This document shows positions 1 to 9,201 of a DNA stretch of 32,000 bases, piece after piece. Location: contig NZ_JAASAE010000007.1 in assembly GCF_012726205.1 (NCBI RefSeq), positions 102,444 to 134,443 on the forward strand. Direction: 5' to 3'. This DNA is from Rhodococcus sp. HNM0569 (lineage in GTDB: Bacteria > Actinomycetota > Actinomycetes > Mycobacteriales > Mycobacteriaceae). A model generated the notes under the pieces. That model saw only the letters and a program-made list of their open reading frames with translations. It searched no databases and was not told where the DNA came from. How positions within the stretch are numbered: position 1 is the stretch's first letter; each line of letters opens with the position of its first letter. The translations under genes were made by a program, and so were the position numbers.

Positions 1-1
1 C

Positions 2-106
2 GAACGCCTCTACTACGGAGGCGATCGATATTCGGAACTGAAGAACCGATACGACCCCGAATCCCGATTACTGGACCTCTTCTCGAAGGCGGTACAACGG
101 CGATGA
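2..106 (+). CDS. 3' end (34 codons) of a gene running in from the left edge. Probably the FAD-binding oxidoreductase partner (BfaA / Rv3719-like) of the following methyltransferase.
   Basis: The frame is open from the window edge and ends ...ERLYYGGDRYSELKNRYDPESRLLDLFSKAVQRR*. Its TGA (104-106) overlaps ATG 103 of the next gene (ATGA coupling). Identity is inferred only from the C-terminal peptide and from the known oxidoreductase-methyltransferase pairing next to dnaX in mycobacteria. Confidence 0.45.
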   Translation, partial: ERLYYGGDRYSELKNRYDPESRLLDLFSKAVQRR

Positions 107-1410
107 GCATCATCGACAAATCGCGCAAAGACTCCAAAGACTCCAAGCTGGCGCTCGCCGAGATCCTCGATCTCCTGTCCGACGGCCAGGTTCCGATGCG
201 CTTCACCGCATACGACGGCAGTGCGACCGGCCCCGAGGACTCGCAGTACGGACTGCACCTCAACTCCGAGCGCGGCACCACCTATCTCGCCACCGCGCCG
301 GGCGATCTCGGCATGGCCCGCGCCTACATCTCGGGCGACCTCGAGGCGCGCGGCGTCCACCCGGGCGACCCGTACGAGATGCTGAAGCTGATGGCGACGA
401 TGAACCTGCACCGCCCGTCGGCGCGTGCCCTCGCCGCCATCACCCGGTCGCTCGGCTGGGAACTGCTGCGCCCCATCGCTCCCCCGCCGCAGGAGCACCT
501 GCCGCGCTGGCGGCGCGTCGCGGAAGGGTTGCGGCACTCCAAGACTCGCGACGCCGAGGCGATCCACCACCACTACGACGTGTCGAACACCTTCTACGAG
601 TACGTGCTCGGCCCGTCGATGACGTACACGTGTGCGTGCTATCCGGACGCCGACGCGAGCCTCGAGACCGCCCAGGACAACAAGTACCGCCTGGTGTTCG
701 ACAAGCTCGGCCTGCAGGAAGGCGACCGGCTTCTCGACATCGGTTGCGGCTGGGGCGGCATGGTGCGCTACGCCGCGCGCCGCGGAGTCAAGGTCATCGG
801 TGCCACGCTCTCCCGGGAACAGGCCGAATGGGCGCAGAAAGCCATCGCCGAGGAGGGCCTGGGCGAGCTCGCCGAAGTCCGCTACAGCGACTACCGCGAC
901 ATCCCCGAGACCGGCTTCGACGCGATCTCGTCCATCGGCCTCACCGAGCACATCGGTGTGCAGAACTACCCGTCGTACTTCTCGTTCCTCGAGAGCAAGC
1001 TGCGCAGCGGCGGGCGGCTGCTGAACCACTGCATCACGCGCCCCGGCAACAACACTCGCGCAGGAGCGGGCGGATTCATCGACCGCTACGTGTTCCCCGA
1101 CGGCGAGCTCACCGGGTCCGGCCGCATCATCACCGAGATCCAGAACGTCGGCCTCGAGGTGCGGCACGAGGAGAATCTCCGCGAGCATTACGCACTCACG
1201 CTGCGCGACTGGTGCGCCAATCTCGTCGAGAACTGGGACGCCGCGGTCGACGAGGTCGGCATCGGCACGGCCCGGGTGTGGGGCCTGTACATGGCCGGTT
1301 CGCGGCTCGGCTTCGAGACCAATGTCGTGCAGCTGCACCAGGTGCTCGCGGTCAAGCTGGACGACCGCGGAGGCGCAGCCGTGCCGCTGCGCCCCTGGTG
1401 GAAGGGCTGA
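103..1410 (+). CDS. SAM-dependent methyltransferase of the cyclopropane-fatty-acyl-phospholipid synthase family (BfaB / Cfa / Rv3720-like, 10-methylene fatty-acid forming type)
   Basis: 435-aa ORF with the SAM-binding motif LLDIGCGWGG. It has the HHYDVSNTFYEYVLG and MTYTCACY blocks typical of CFA synthase / mycolic acid methyltransferase folds. Third-codon-position GC is high. The start is coupled to the upstream frame by ATGA. Confidence 0.85.
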   Translation: MSIIDKSRKDSKDSKLALAEILDLLSDGQVPMRFTAYDGSATGPEDSQYGLHLNSERGTTYLATAPGDLGMARAYISGDLEARGVHPGDPYEMLKLMATMNLHRPSARALAAITRSLGWELLRPIAPPPQEHLPRWRRVAEGLRHSKTRDAEAIHHHYDVSNTFYEYVLGPSMTYTCACYPDADASLETAQDNKYRLVFDKLGLQEGDRLLDIGCGWGGMVRYAARRGVKVIGATLSREQAEWAQKAIAEEGLGELAEVRYSDYRDIPETGFDAISSIGLTEHIGVQNYPSYFSFLESKLRSGGRLLNHCITRPGNNTRAGAGGFIDRYVFPDGELTGSGRIITEIQNVGLEVRHEENLREHYALTLRDWCANLVENWDAAVDEVGIGTARVWGLYMAGSRLGFETNVVQLHQVLAVKLDDRGGAAVPLRPWWKG

Positions 1411-1431
1411 CAGCGGAAGAGCCTGCCGGCC

Positions 1432-1944
1432 TTACTGTTCGACGACTGCGTCGTCGAGGGAGCGAGTGATCGACCAGAGCCGCGTGAAGTGGCACCGGGA
1501 CATCTTCCACTCGCCGTCCTCGACGACGTACTCGTCGGCGTACTCACCCGACATGACCGTCTCGGTGCCCTGGGTCAGGTTCACCTGACGGAACGCGAGC
1601 GTCCACTGCCCGGACGCGGTCGTCGGCGAGTGGATCGTGATCGAGGGATGGATGCCGTGGTGCATGTCGAGCACGACGTGCTTGCCGTCCACCTTGTGCA
1701 GCGCGATCCGTTCGAACACCGCGGCGATCGCGTCCGCGTCGTCGAACGCACCCAACGCGCCGTAGTCGATCGACGCACCCTGCCGGATGAAGCACGCACG
1801 AAAGGTCGCGGCGTCCTTCGCGTCGCACGCGCGTAGGTAACGGTGTTTGAGTGCCTTGACGGCCTCTTCCGCCTCCAGACGGTCGAGCCGTGCCGCGAGG
1901 CCTGCGGCGGTCCGGGTGGCTGCACTGTCGTCGCTCACGGGCAC
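1432..1944 (-). CDS. SnoaL-like / NTF2-fold family protein
   Basis: 170-aa ORF. The N-terminal helix AVKALKHRYLRACDAKD followed by a beta-rich region is the usual SnoaL_4/NTF2-like pattern. This is a family-level call only. Confidence 0.6.
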   Translation of the reverse strand: MPVSDDSAATRTAAGLAARLDRLEAEEAVKALKHRYLRACDAKDAATFRACFIRQGASIDYGALGAFDDADAIAAVFERIALHKVDGKHVVLDMHHGIHPSITIHSPTTASGQWTLAFRQVNLTQGTETVMSGEYADEYVVEDGEWKMSRCHFTRLWSITRSLDDAVVEQ

Positions 1945-2046
1945 TCCTCGAAGCTCGGCGGGGTCTCGACACTCGGTCGCCCGGTCACGCTATCGGTCTC
2001 CGGCTCGCCGCGGCCCACACCCGTCCCATCCGCCGGGAGCGACGAC

Positions 2047-2149
2047 GAATGCCCCTCCCTCTCCGGATAGGAGAAGAAGGGGCATTCGGTGTGCCGTGAC
2101 CGGCACACTGTTGTACCGGCGGTTCGGCTACCGGCCCGATCGGGGCCGG
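2047..2149 (-). terminator. Cluster of three GC-rich stem-loops immediately downstream of fadB; candidate factor-independent terminator(s) without a U-tract
   Basis: Inverted repeats read directly from the sequence. CCGGCCC/GGGCCGG lies at 2131-2149. GTGTGCCG/CGGCACAC lies at 2089-2108. A compound hairpin lies at 2047-2087, with GAATGCCCCT/AGGGGCATTC plus an inner TCTCC/GGAGA pair. No T-run follows on either strand. Confidence 0.4.
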
Positions 2150-2153
2150 GACG

Positions 2154-4307
2154 TCAGTTCTTCAGCGACGCGGGCGGGGCGAAGCGCTCGCCGTACTTCG
2201 CGGCCAGTTCCTCGGCGCGCTTGACGAAGCCTTCCTTGCCCTTGCCTGCCGGGCCCTCGTAGCCGACGACGTACTGGTGCACGCCGCCCGTCCACGCCGG
2301 GAAGCCGATGCCGAAGATCGAGCCGATGTTCGCGTCGGCGCTGGTGAGGAGCACGCCCTCGTCGAAGCACTTCTGCGTCTCGATCGCCTCGATGAACAGC
2401 ATGCGCTCGACGAGATCGTGGAACGGCACGTCGAGTTCGGTCTTGGTACCGAACGCCTCGCGCAGACCCGACCACAGACCGGTGCGCTTGCCGTCGGCGT
2501 AGTCGTAGAAGCCCTTGCCTGCGGCCTTCGACGGACGGTCGAACTTGTCGACCATCGCGTTGATGACGTCGCCTGCCGGGTCGGCCGGAATCTCCTTGCC
2601 CTCGGCCTCGAGTGCCTCGGCGGTGGCCTTGCGGATCTTCTGCATCAGCGTGAGCGTGAGCTCGTCCGACAGCTGCAGCGGCGACGCCGGGTAGCCGGCC
2701 TGCGCGCCCGCCTGCTCGATCGTCGACGGATCGATGCCCTCGCCGAGCATCATGATGGCCTCGTTGATGAACGTGCCGATGACACGCGAGGTGAAGAAGC
2801 CACGCGAGTCGGTGACGACGATCGGCGTCTTCTTGATCGCCTGCACGTAGTCGAACACGCGCGCGAGCGCCTCGTCCGACGTCTTCTCGCCGCGGATGAT
2901 CTCGACGAGCGGCATCTTGTCGACCGGCGAGAAGAAGTGGATGCCGATGAAGTCTTCCTGACGCTTGACACCGGTCGCGAGACCCGTGATCGGCAGCGTC
3001 GAGGTGTTGGACCCGAGGAGCGCGTTGGGCTCGACGATGTCCTCGATCTCCTGGAAGACCTTGTGCTTGAGGTCCTGCGACTCGAAGACGGCCTCGACCA
3101 CGAAGTCGACGCCCGCGAGGTCGGCCGGATCGGCGGTCGGCTTGATGCGGCCGAGCAGCTCCTTGCTCTTCTCCTCGGTGGTGCGCCCCTTCGCGAGGGC
3201 CTTCTTCTCGATGCCCTCGGAGTAGCCCTTGCCCTTCTCGGCGGCCTCGAGCGAGACGTCCTTGAGGACGACCTCGAAGCCGGCCTTCGCGGACACATAG
3301 GCGATACCGGCGCCCATCATGCCCGCGCCGAGCACGCCCACCTTCTTGATCGGGGTCTTGTCGATGCCCGCGGGGCGCGAGGCACCCGAGTTGATGGCCT
3401 GCAGGTCGAAGAAGAACGCCTGCGTCATGTTCTTCGCGGTCTGGCCCGTGACCAGCTTGGTGAAGTAGCGCGACTCGATGGTCTGCGCCGACTCGAAGTC
3501 GACCTGCGAACCCTCGACGGCCGCGGCCATGATGGCGAGCGGCGCCTCCATCGGCTGGCCCTTGAGCTGCTTGCGCAGGTTGGCCGGGAATGCGGGGAGG
3601 TTCGCGGCGAAGGCCGGGCTCGACGGCGTTCCGCCGGGGATCTTGTAGCCCTTCTTGTCCCACGGCTGCGCAGCCTCGGGGTTGGCCTTGATCCACGCCT
3701 TGGCGGCGGGCAGCAGCTCTTCGACGGTCGAGACGAGGTCGTCGATCAGGCCGGCTTCCTTGGCCTTCGACGGCACCCGCTGCTGGCCCTGCAGGAGCAC
3801 CTGCATGAGCGCGGCCTGGATGCCGAGCAGACGTACGGTGCGCACGACGCCGCCGCCACCGGGCAGCAGGCCGAGCGACGACTCGGGCAGGCCGATCTTG
3901 CTGCCCTTGACGTCGGCCGCGATGCGATGGTGCGTCGCGAGCGCGATCTCGAGGCCACCGCCGAGGGCGGCGCCGTTGATCGCGGCGACGACCGGCTTGC
4001 CGAGAGTCTCGAGGCGACGCAGGTCGGCCTTGATCGACTGACCGAGGTCGAACGCCTGCTGCGCGTCCTCCGGCTGCACCTGGATGAGCATGTTGAGGTC
4101 GCCACCGGCGAAGAACGTCTTCTTCGCCGACGTCAGCACGACGCCCGTGATGCTGTCCTTCTCCGCCTCGAGCCGGTCGACGGTTTCCTTCATGGACGAG
4201 ATGTACGCCTCGTTCATGGTGTTGGCGCTCTGGCTCGGGTCGTCCATCGTGAGCACGACGATGCCGTCTTCGTCCTGCTCCCAGTTGATGATGTTCTTCT
4301 CGCTCAC
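2154..4307 (-). CDS. fadB: Fatty-acid oxidation complex alpha subunit: enoyl-CoA hydratase / 3-hydroxyacyl-CoA dehydrogenase
   Basis: 717 aa. The N-terminal part is a crotonase fold (FFAGGDLN, AAINGAALGGGLEIAL). A Rossmann motif VGVLGAGMMGAGIA sits mid-protein, followed by a 3-hydroxyacyl-CoA dehydrogenase C-terminal region. GTG start at 4307 is preceded by AGGAGAAA. Confidence 0.95.
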   Translation of the reverse strand: MSEKNIINWEQDEDGIVVLTMDDPSQSANTMNEAYISSMKETVDRLEAEKDSITGVVLTSAKKTFFAGGDLNMLIQVQPEDAQQAFDLGQSIKADLRRLETLGKPVVAAINGAALGGGLEIALATHHRIAADVKGSKIGLPESSLGLLPGGGGVVRTVRLLGIQAALMQVLLQGQQRVPSKAKEAGLIDDLVSTVEELLPAAKAWIKANPEAAQPWDKKGYKIPGGTPSSPAFAANLPAFPANLRKQLKGQPMEAPLAIMAAAVEGSQVDFESAQTIESRYFTKLVTGQTAKNMTQAFFFDLQAINSGASRPAGIDKTPIKKVGVLGAGMMGAGIAYVSAKAGFEVVLKDVSLEAAEKGKGYSEGIEKKALAKGRTTEEKSKELLGRIKPTADPADLAGVDFVVEAVFESQDLKHKVFQEIEDIVEPNALLGSNTSTLPITGLATGVKRQEDFIGIHFFSPVDKMPLVEIIRGEKTSDEALARVFDYVQAIKKTPIVVTDSRGFFTSRVIGTFINEAIMMLGEGIDPSTIEQAGAQAGYPASPLQLSDELTLTLMQKIRKATAEALEAEGKEIPADPAGDVINAMVDKFDRPSKAAGKGFYDYADGKRTGLWSGLREAFGTKTELDVPFHDLVERMLFIEAIETQKCFDEGVLLTSADANIGSIFGIGFPAWTGGVHQYVVGYEGPAGKGKEGFVKRAEELAAKYGERFAPPASLKN

Positions 4308-4343
4308 AGCTTCGATTTCTCCTGAATCAGATGGGGAGGGACG

Positions 4344-5558
4344 TCAGACGCGCTCGATGATGGTGGCGACACCCATGCCGCCGCCGATGCACAGCGTGAC
4401 GAGGGCGTAGCGCGCGTCGCGGCGCTCGAGCTCGTCGACCATCGTGCCGGTGATCATGGCGCCCGTGGCGCCGAGCGGGTGGCCCATCGCGATGGCGCCG
4501 CCGTTGACGTTGAGCTTCTCGTCCGGGATCTTCAGGTCCTTCTGGAACTTCAGGACGACCGACGCGAACGCCTCGTTGATCTCGAAGAGGTCGATGTCGT
4601 CGACCGTGAGACCGGCCGCCGCGAGTGCCTTGTGCGCCGCGGGGGTGGGGCCGGTGAGCATGATGGTCGAATCGGCGCCCGACGTGGCGGTCGCGACGAT
4701 GCGGGCACGCGGCGTCAGCCCCATGTCCTTGCCCGCCTGCTCCGAGCCGACGAGCACGAGAGCCGCGCCGTCGACGATGCCCGAGCTGTTGCCGCCGTGG
4801 TGGACGTGGTCGATCTTCTCGACCCAGTGGTACTTCTGCTGCGCGACGGCGTCGAAGCCGCCGAAGTCGCCGATGCCCGCGAACGACGGCTGCAGGCCCG
4901 ACAGGCTCTCGACGGTGGTGCCCGGACGCATGTGCTCGTCCTGGTCGAGAACGGTGAGGCCGTTGAGGTCCTTGACCGGCACGACCGACTTCGCGAAGTA
5001 GCCGCCTGCCCACGCCTTGGCCGCGAGGTCCTGCGAGCGCGCCGCGTACGCGTCGACGTCCTCACGCGAGAAGCCCTCGATGGTGGCGATGAGGTCGGCC
5101 GAGATGCCCTGCGGCACGAGGTAGCTGTTGTAGTTCGTCTCGGGGTCGAGCATCCACGCGCCGCCGTCGGAACCCATCTTGACGCGCGACATCGACTCGA
5201 CACCGCCCGCGACGACGAGCTCGTCCCAGCCGGAGCGGACCTTCTGCGCCGCCATGTTCACGGCCTCGAGGCCGGACGCGCAGAACCGGTTGATCTGGAC
5301 GCCGCCGACCGTGTCGGGCAGGCCCGCGGCCGTGACCGCGGTGCGCGCGATGTCGGCGCCCTGGTCGCCGATGGGCGAGACGACACCGAGGATGATGTCG
5401 GAGATGCGGTCCTCGTCGAGATCGGGGAACCGCACACGCAGCTCGTCGATCAGGCCGGTGACCAGCGAGATCGGCTTGACCGAGTGCAGCGAGCCAGTCG
5501 CCTTCCCACGGCCACGCGGGGTGCGAATGGCTTCGTAGATGAATGCCTCTGTGGTCAC
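4344..5558 (-). CDS. fadA: Acetyl-CoA C-acyltransferase (3-ketoacyl-CoA thiolase)
   Basis: Thiolase motifs [11 protein letters not shown] (active-site Cys), [18 protein letters not shown] and CIGGGMG are present. I place the start at GTG 5558 ([19 protein letters not shown]), preceded by AGGAAGGA. The rest of track ORF 4344..6434 is a non-coding Arg/Pro-rich extension. Confidence 0.93.
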   Translation of the reverse strand: MTTEAFIYEAIRTPRGRGKATGSLHSVKPISLVTGLIDELRVRFPDLDEDRISDIILGVVSPIGDQGADIARTAVTAAGLPDTVGGVQINRFCASGLEAVNMAAQKVRSGWDELVVAGGVESMSRVKMGSDGGAWMLDPETNYNSYLVPQGISADLIATIEGFSREDVDAYAARSQDLAAKAWAGGYFAKSVVPVKDLNGLTVLDQDEHMRPGTTVESLSGLQPSFAGIGDFGGFDAVAQQKYHWVEKIDHVHHGGNSSGIVDGAALVLVGSEQAGKDMGLTPRARIVATATSGADSTIMLTGPTPAAHKALAAAGLTVDDIDLFEINEAFASVVLKFQKDLKIPDEKLNVNGGAIAMGHPLGATGAMITGTMVDELERRDARYALVTLCIGGGMGVATIIERV

Positions 5559-5841
5559 TGTGCAGTGTTCCTTCCTGGTGTTCGTCCTGGCCTGGTGACG
5601 TCTCGGCCTGTTCTGTCCGACCTGTTGTCGCGTCTCGGTCGCGCCGACCTGACGCACGGGGCCGTGTGCGAAGGGCGCCGACCGTGCCCGCGCCGCGGCG
5701 TAGGGGCCGTCGCCCGTGCGGGACCGTCGCCCGGCACCGTTCACCATAGAACCCGCGGCAAAGGCGCTGGAAGGACCGAAGTGATCGAGGATCGTGACCG
5801 GAGCGATCAGTCGGTCGCACGGGTGGAGTCGACCGGCTCGG

Positions 5842-8229
5842 TCAGCCGTCGATTCGGCGCGCACCGAGCACGTCGCGCAGCAGTTCCTCGGCGACCTCGT
5901 CGGGATCGCGACGGGTCGACGGGTCGGCGGGCTGGGCCGCCTCGGCGAACATCTCTTCCTCGTCCTCGGGCGTCGATTCGAGCGACCGCGGGACCGACGG
6001 CTCGTCGTGCGGCGCCGGGCCCGGGTCGTCGGGATAGTCGGGGGCCTCGGGCGGCGGGATGTCGAGGTCGCCGTACGGGTCGGCGGGCACGCCGGAGGGC
6101 CCGGTACGCGCCTGCCCCCGGTGTGCCGACCCGTCGGCTCCGGGACGGGGGTGCGCCGGGCCGGTGCCCGCCGCTGCACCCGTGGACTGCTCGTCGGCGG
6201 GCGCGCCTCCCGCTCCCTGGCGGCTGGGCCGCGAATAGCGGGGCTGCGCCGCGGGCTTCTTGGGCGCCACCGGGGGCGGCGCGGCGGCCGGCGGCGGGGC
6301 CGAACCGAATTCGATTTCCCAGGTGCCACCGAACATCTCACCGAGCACACCGGCCAGCACCTGCGCATTGTGCGGCGACGCGATGCGTGCACCGAGCGAC
6401 GGAACGGGATGCGCGAGCGTGATGTTCGAGCCACTCACGTCCGCGACCGTGGCCGCCGACAGCATCGCCGGAAGGATCTTGTTGCGTTCGCCGACCTTGT
6501 CGCGGATCTCGTTCCAGCGCGACCGGACGTCGTCGGCCGTCGGGCCCGCAGGCTGCTGCGGCGCAACGGATTCGGCCTCCGGCGCCACCTCGGGCTCCGG
6601 CGCGGTGTCGGACTCGGCGACCGCGGCTGGTTCGTTCTCGATCGGCACACTCTCGGCGACCTCGCCCGCGACCGGACTCGGCGTCGAGACCGAGCCCGGA
6701 CCCGAAACCTGTTCCACGGCACCAGGTTCTGGATCACTGTGGACAGGATCGGCAACGACCGGTACCGGCGCCGGTTCGGTCGGTTCGGTCGGTTCGGTCG
6801 GTTCGGTCGGCTCGGGGGCCGTCGGCGCCTCGACCGGCGTGGCAGCCGCCGGTTCGGACACAGCCGGTTCGGGCGCGGCAGGTTCGGGCGCGATGGGGTC
6901 CGGTGCCGCGGGTGCGGGCTCGACGGCAGGCGCGGCAGCGGCAGGCGCCGCGGCTTCGTGCGCGCGGCGCTGCGACGGCCGTTGATACTTGGGTGCGGGC
7001 TCGGGCTCGCCGGACGGCACGGGGGCCCCCGGCGCGCCGGGGCCGTCGCCACGCGCAGGCGCGGACGCACCACCATCGACCACACCGCGTTCGACGCGTT
7101 CGAGACGTTGCAGCAGCGCGGCTTCGCCGTCGGACGCGGCCGGAAGCAGCATGCGCGCACACAACACCTCGAGCAGCAGGCGCGGCGCGGTGGCCCCACG
7201 CATCTCGCCGAGGCCCGCGTGCACCACCTCGGCGTAACGCGTGAGCGTGCCCGCCCCGATGCTCTCGGCCTGCCCACGCATGCGTTCGAGAGTGCCGCCC
7301 GGCGCGTCGACGAGGCCACGCTCGGGGGCGTCGGGCACGGCCCGCATCAGGATCAGGTCGCGCAGCCGCTCGAGCAGATCGGACGCGAAGCGGCGCGGAT
7401 CGTGTCCCGCCTCGACGACGCGGTCGACCGTGCCGAACAGCGCAGCGCCGTCGTGGGCCGCGAGGGCATCGACGGCGTCGTCGATGAGCGCGACGTCGGT
7501 GACCCCGAGCAGCGCGAGTGCGCGTGGATAGGTGACCCCGCGGTCGTCGGCACCGGCGAGCAGCTGGTCGAGAATGCTGAGCGAGTCGCGCGGCGAACCA
7601 CCGCCCGCGCGGATGACCAGCGGATACACGGCGTCCTCGACCTGGACGCTCTCCTGTGCGCACACGCGCTCGAGCAGCCCGCGCATGACCGTCGGCGCGA
7701 GCAGGCGGAACGGGTAGTGGTGCGTGCGCGACCGGATGGTGGGCAGCACCTTCTCCGGCTCGGTGGTGGCGAACACGAAGATGAGGTGCTCGGGCGGCTC
7801 CTCGACGATCTTGAGCAGCGCGTTGAAGCCGGCCGTGGTGACCATGTGCGCCTCGTCGACGATGAACACGCGATAGCGCGACTCTGCGGGCGCGTAGAAC
7901 GCGCGATCGCGCAGCTCACGCGTGTCGTCGACGCCGCCGTGACTCGCGGCGTCGAGCTCGGTGACGTCGAGATTGCCCGCGCCGCCCGGGCCGAGTGCGA
8001 CACACGACTTGCACGCACCGCACGGCGTGGACGTGGGCCCCTGTTCGCAATTGAGCGAACGCGCCAGGATGCGCGCCGACGACGTCTTGCCGCACCCACG
8101 CGGCCCGGAGAACAGGTACGCATGGTTGATGCGGCCCGCATCGAGCGCGGTGCTGAGCGGCTCGGTGACATGCTCCTGCCCGACAACCTCGGCAAACGAC
8201 GCGGGTCGATACTTTCGGTACAGGGCCAC
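5842..8229 (-). CDS. dnaX: DNA polymerase III subunits gamma/tau
   Basis: Motifs: LYRKYRP...[10 protein letters not shown], Walker [10 protein letters not shown], Zn module CGACKSC, Walker B FIVDEAHM, and sensor SRTHHY. A long Pro/Ala/Glu linker precedes a conserved C-terminus. The start is chosen at GTG 8229 (VALYRKYRP). The track start at 8289 is an alternative. Confidence 0.92.
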   Translation of the reverse strand: MALYRKYRPASFAEVVGQEHVTEPLSTALDAGRINHAYLFSGPRGCGKTSSARILARSLNCEQGPTSTPCGACKSCVALGPGGAGNLDVTELDAASHGGVDDTRELRDRAFYAPAESRYRVFIVDEAHMVTTAGFNALLKIVEEPPEHLIFVFATTEPEKVLPTIRSRTHHYPFRLLAPTVMRGLLERVCAQESVQVEDAVYPLVIRAGGGSPRDSLSILDQLLAGADDRGVTYPRALALLGVTDVALIDDAVDALAAHDGAALFGTVDRVVEAGHDPRRFASDLLERLRDLILMRAVPDAPERGLVDAPGGTLERMRGQAESIGAGTLTRYAEVVHAGLGEMRGATAPRLLLEVLCARMLLPAASDGEAALLQRLERVERGVVDGGASAPARGDGPGAPGAPVPSGEPEPAPKYQRPSQRRAHEAAAPAAAAPAVEPAPAAPDPIAPEPAAPEPAVSEPAAATPVEAPTAPEPTEPTEPTEPTEPAPVPVVADPVHSDPEPGAVEQVSGPGSVSTPSPVAGEVAESVPIENEPAAVAESDTAPEPEVAPEAESVAPQQPAGPTADDVRSRWNEIRDKVGERNKILPAMLSAATVADVSGSNITLAHPVPSLGARIASPHNAQVLAGVLGEMFGGTWEIEFGSAPPPAAAPPPVAPKKPAAQPRYSRPSRQGAGGAPADEQSTGAAAGTGPAHPRPGADGSAHRGQARTGPSGVPADPYGDLDIPPPEAPDYPDDPGPAPHDEPSVPRSLESTPEDEEEMFAEAAQPADPSTRRDPDEVAEELLRDVLGARRIDG
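6772..6807. repeat. Four perfect tandem copies of the 9-bp unit CGGTTCGGT (plus one degenerate copy, 6808-6816) inside the dnaX linker
   Basis: Read directly from the sequence. On the coding (minus) strand it encodes (TEP)x4 within ...[23 protein letters not shown]... Confidence 0.9.
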
Positions 8230-8323
8230 GGGCGACAGCCTACCGGCGGGTGGCGACACCGATCGAGGCCGTGAGGGGTCCCGGGGCACGCGCGTGTACG
8301 CGGACCGTACGAGTGCGCGACAA

Positions 8324-8340
8324 CCACCGGAAACCGGTGG
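8324..8340. repeat. Perfect 7-bp inverted repeat CCACCGG-AAA-CCGGTGG in the dnaX / SDR divergent intergenic region
   Basis: Read directly from the sequence. Function is unknown; it could be an operator or a 5'-UTR hairpin. Confidence 0.5.
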
Positions 8341-8388
8341 GCACAGCCGTTAGTGTGAACACGTGCTGAGTCGTGGTGCGAGGCGGAC

Positions 8389-9201
8389 GTGCAGCTGAGC
8401 GGGTCCGTCGCGCTCGTGACCGGCGCCTCCGCGGGCATCGGTGCTGCGGTCGCGGACCGCCTCGCGGCGCGTGGCGCCCACGTCCTCGTGCACGGCCGCG
8501 ACGCCGAACGCACCCGCGCGGTCGCGGCCCACGTGCACGGCACCGCGATCCTCGGCGACCTCGCCGACCCCGCCGGACGCCACGCCGTCGTCGAGCACGC
8601 GCTCGCGGCACGCGGCCGCGTCGACATCCTGGTCGCCAATGCGGGCGCCGGGTGGTCGGGCCCGCTGCCCGACATGTCCGTCGCGCACGTGCGATCTCTG
8701 CTCGAACTCGATCTCGTCGCGTCGATCGAACTCACCCACGCCCTCGTGCCCGCGATGGTGCATCGCGGGCACGGCGCCGTGTGCTTCGTGTCGTCGATCG
8801 CGGGCCGCACCGGCGTGGCGGGCGAGGCCGTGTACTCGGCCGCAAAGGCGGGCGTCGACGTCTTCGCCGAGAGCCTGCGCGCCGAGACCGCCGGCACCGG
8901 CGTGAGCGTCGGCGTCGTCGTCCCGGGCGCCGTCGACACCGGATTCTTCGACCACCGTGGACGGCGCTACGACCGCGCGTTCCCCGCACCCGTGCCACCC
9001 GATCGCGTCGCCGACGCGATCGTGCGGGTCGTCGAGGGCGGTCGCGCGGAAGAGTGGGTGCCGCGGTGGCTGCGCCTGGCACCCGCGGTACGGGCGCTCG
9101 CGCCTGGCCCGTACCGCTACCTCGCGACGCGGTTCGGCGAACCGGTCCGGATCCGCAGCCGAGGGGACGGCGGGGGTCGTGACGGGGCCGACGCGCAGTG
9201 A
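8389..9201 (+). CDS. Short-chain dehydrogenase/reductase (classical SDR)
   Basis: 270 aa with the TGASAGIG cofactor motif, NAG (VANAGAG) and the catalytic YSAAK. GTG start is preceded by GAGGCGGA. Confidence 0.85.
   Translation: MQLSGSVALVTGASAGIGAAVADRLAARGAHVLVHGRDAERTRAVAAHVHGTAILGDLADPAGRHAVVEHALAARGRVDILVANAGAGWSGPLPDMSVAHVRSLLELDLVASIELTHALVPAMVHRGHGAVCFVSSIAGRTGVAGEAVYSAAKAGVDVFAESLRAETAGTGVSVGVVVPGAVDTGFFDHRGRRYDRAFPAPVPPDRVADAIVRVVEGGRAEEWVPRWLRLAPAVRALAPGPYRYLATRFGEPVRIRSRGDGGGRDGADAQ

Noticed and set aside
5559-5841. Small ORFs (5543..5749 plus strand, 5555..5737 minus strand) and CCGTCGCCC direct repeats in the dnaX-fadA intergenic region.
   Set aside because: The translations are Arg/Pro-rich with no start context or motifs. 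The repeats are short and of GC-biased composition. The region is most simply the fadA promoter and leader.
5559-6434. Upstream extension of the fadA ORF (track entry 4344..6434, 696 aa), which would overlap dnaX.
   Set aside because: Thiolase similarity begins exactly at [16 protein letters not shown], with a GTG and an AGGAAGGA ribosome-binding site. The extension is an Arg/Pro-rich string overlapping the dnaX 3' end in another frame.
6700-7000. Short periodic GC-rich repeats that might be mistaken for a CRISPR-like or minisatellite array.
   Set aside because: They lie entirely inside the dnaX linker coding region, are in-frame 9-bp units and have no spacer structure. They are reported as a coding tandem repeat instead.
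5842-8229. Programmed -1 ribosomal frameshift site in dnaX (E. coli-type A AAA AAG).
   Set aside because: No such heptamer or comparable slippery run was seen on the coding strand.
5794-8274. 826-aa plus-strand ORF antisense to dnaX. Similar long antisense or out-of-frame ORFs occur at 2277..4325, 4479..6422, 13042..15075, 17436..19076, 20665..22032, 21330..22916 and 24423..25658.
   Set aside because: Their translations are Arg/Gly/Asp/Pro-rich low-complexity strings with no recognisable motifs. The opposite strand or another frame carries clear, motif-bearing genes. Stop-free alternative frames are expected by chance at this GC content.
8355-8368. LexA/SOS-box-like GAAC half-site (GTGAACACGTGCTG) near the SDR promoter.
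   Set aside because: Only one half of the actinobacterial TCGAAC-N4-GTTCGA consensus is present; the second half reads GTGC instead of GTTC.
8230-8388. Possible SRP (4.5S) RNA gene upstream of dnaX.
   Set aside because: No GGAA tetraloop with the flanking AGCA/GGA symmetric-loop signature appears on the expected (minus) strand. The plus-strand CCGGAAACCGG hairpin lacks the rest of the conserved helix 8. This needs a covariance-model scan to be fully excluded.
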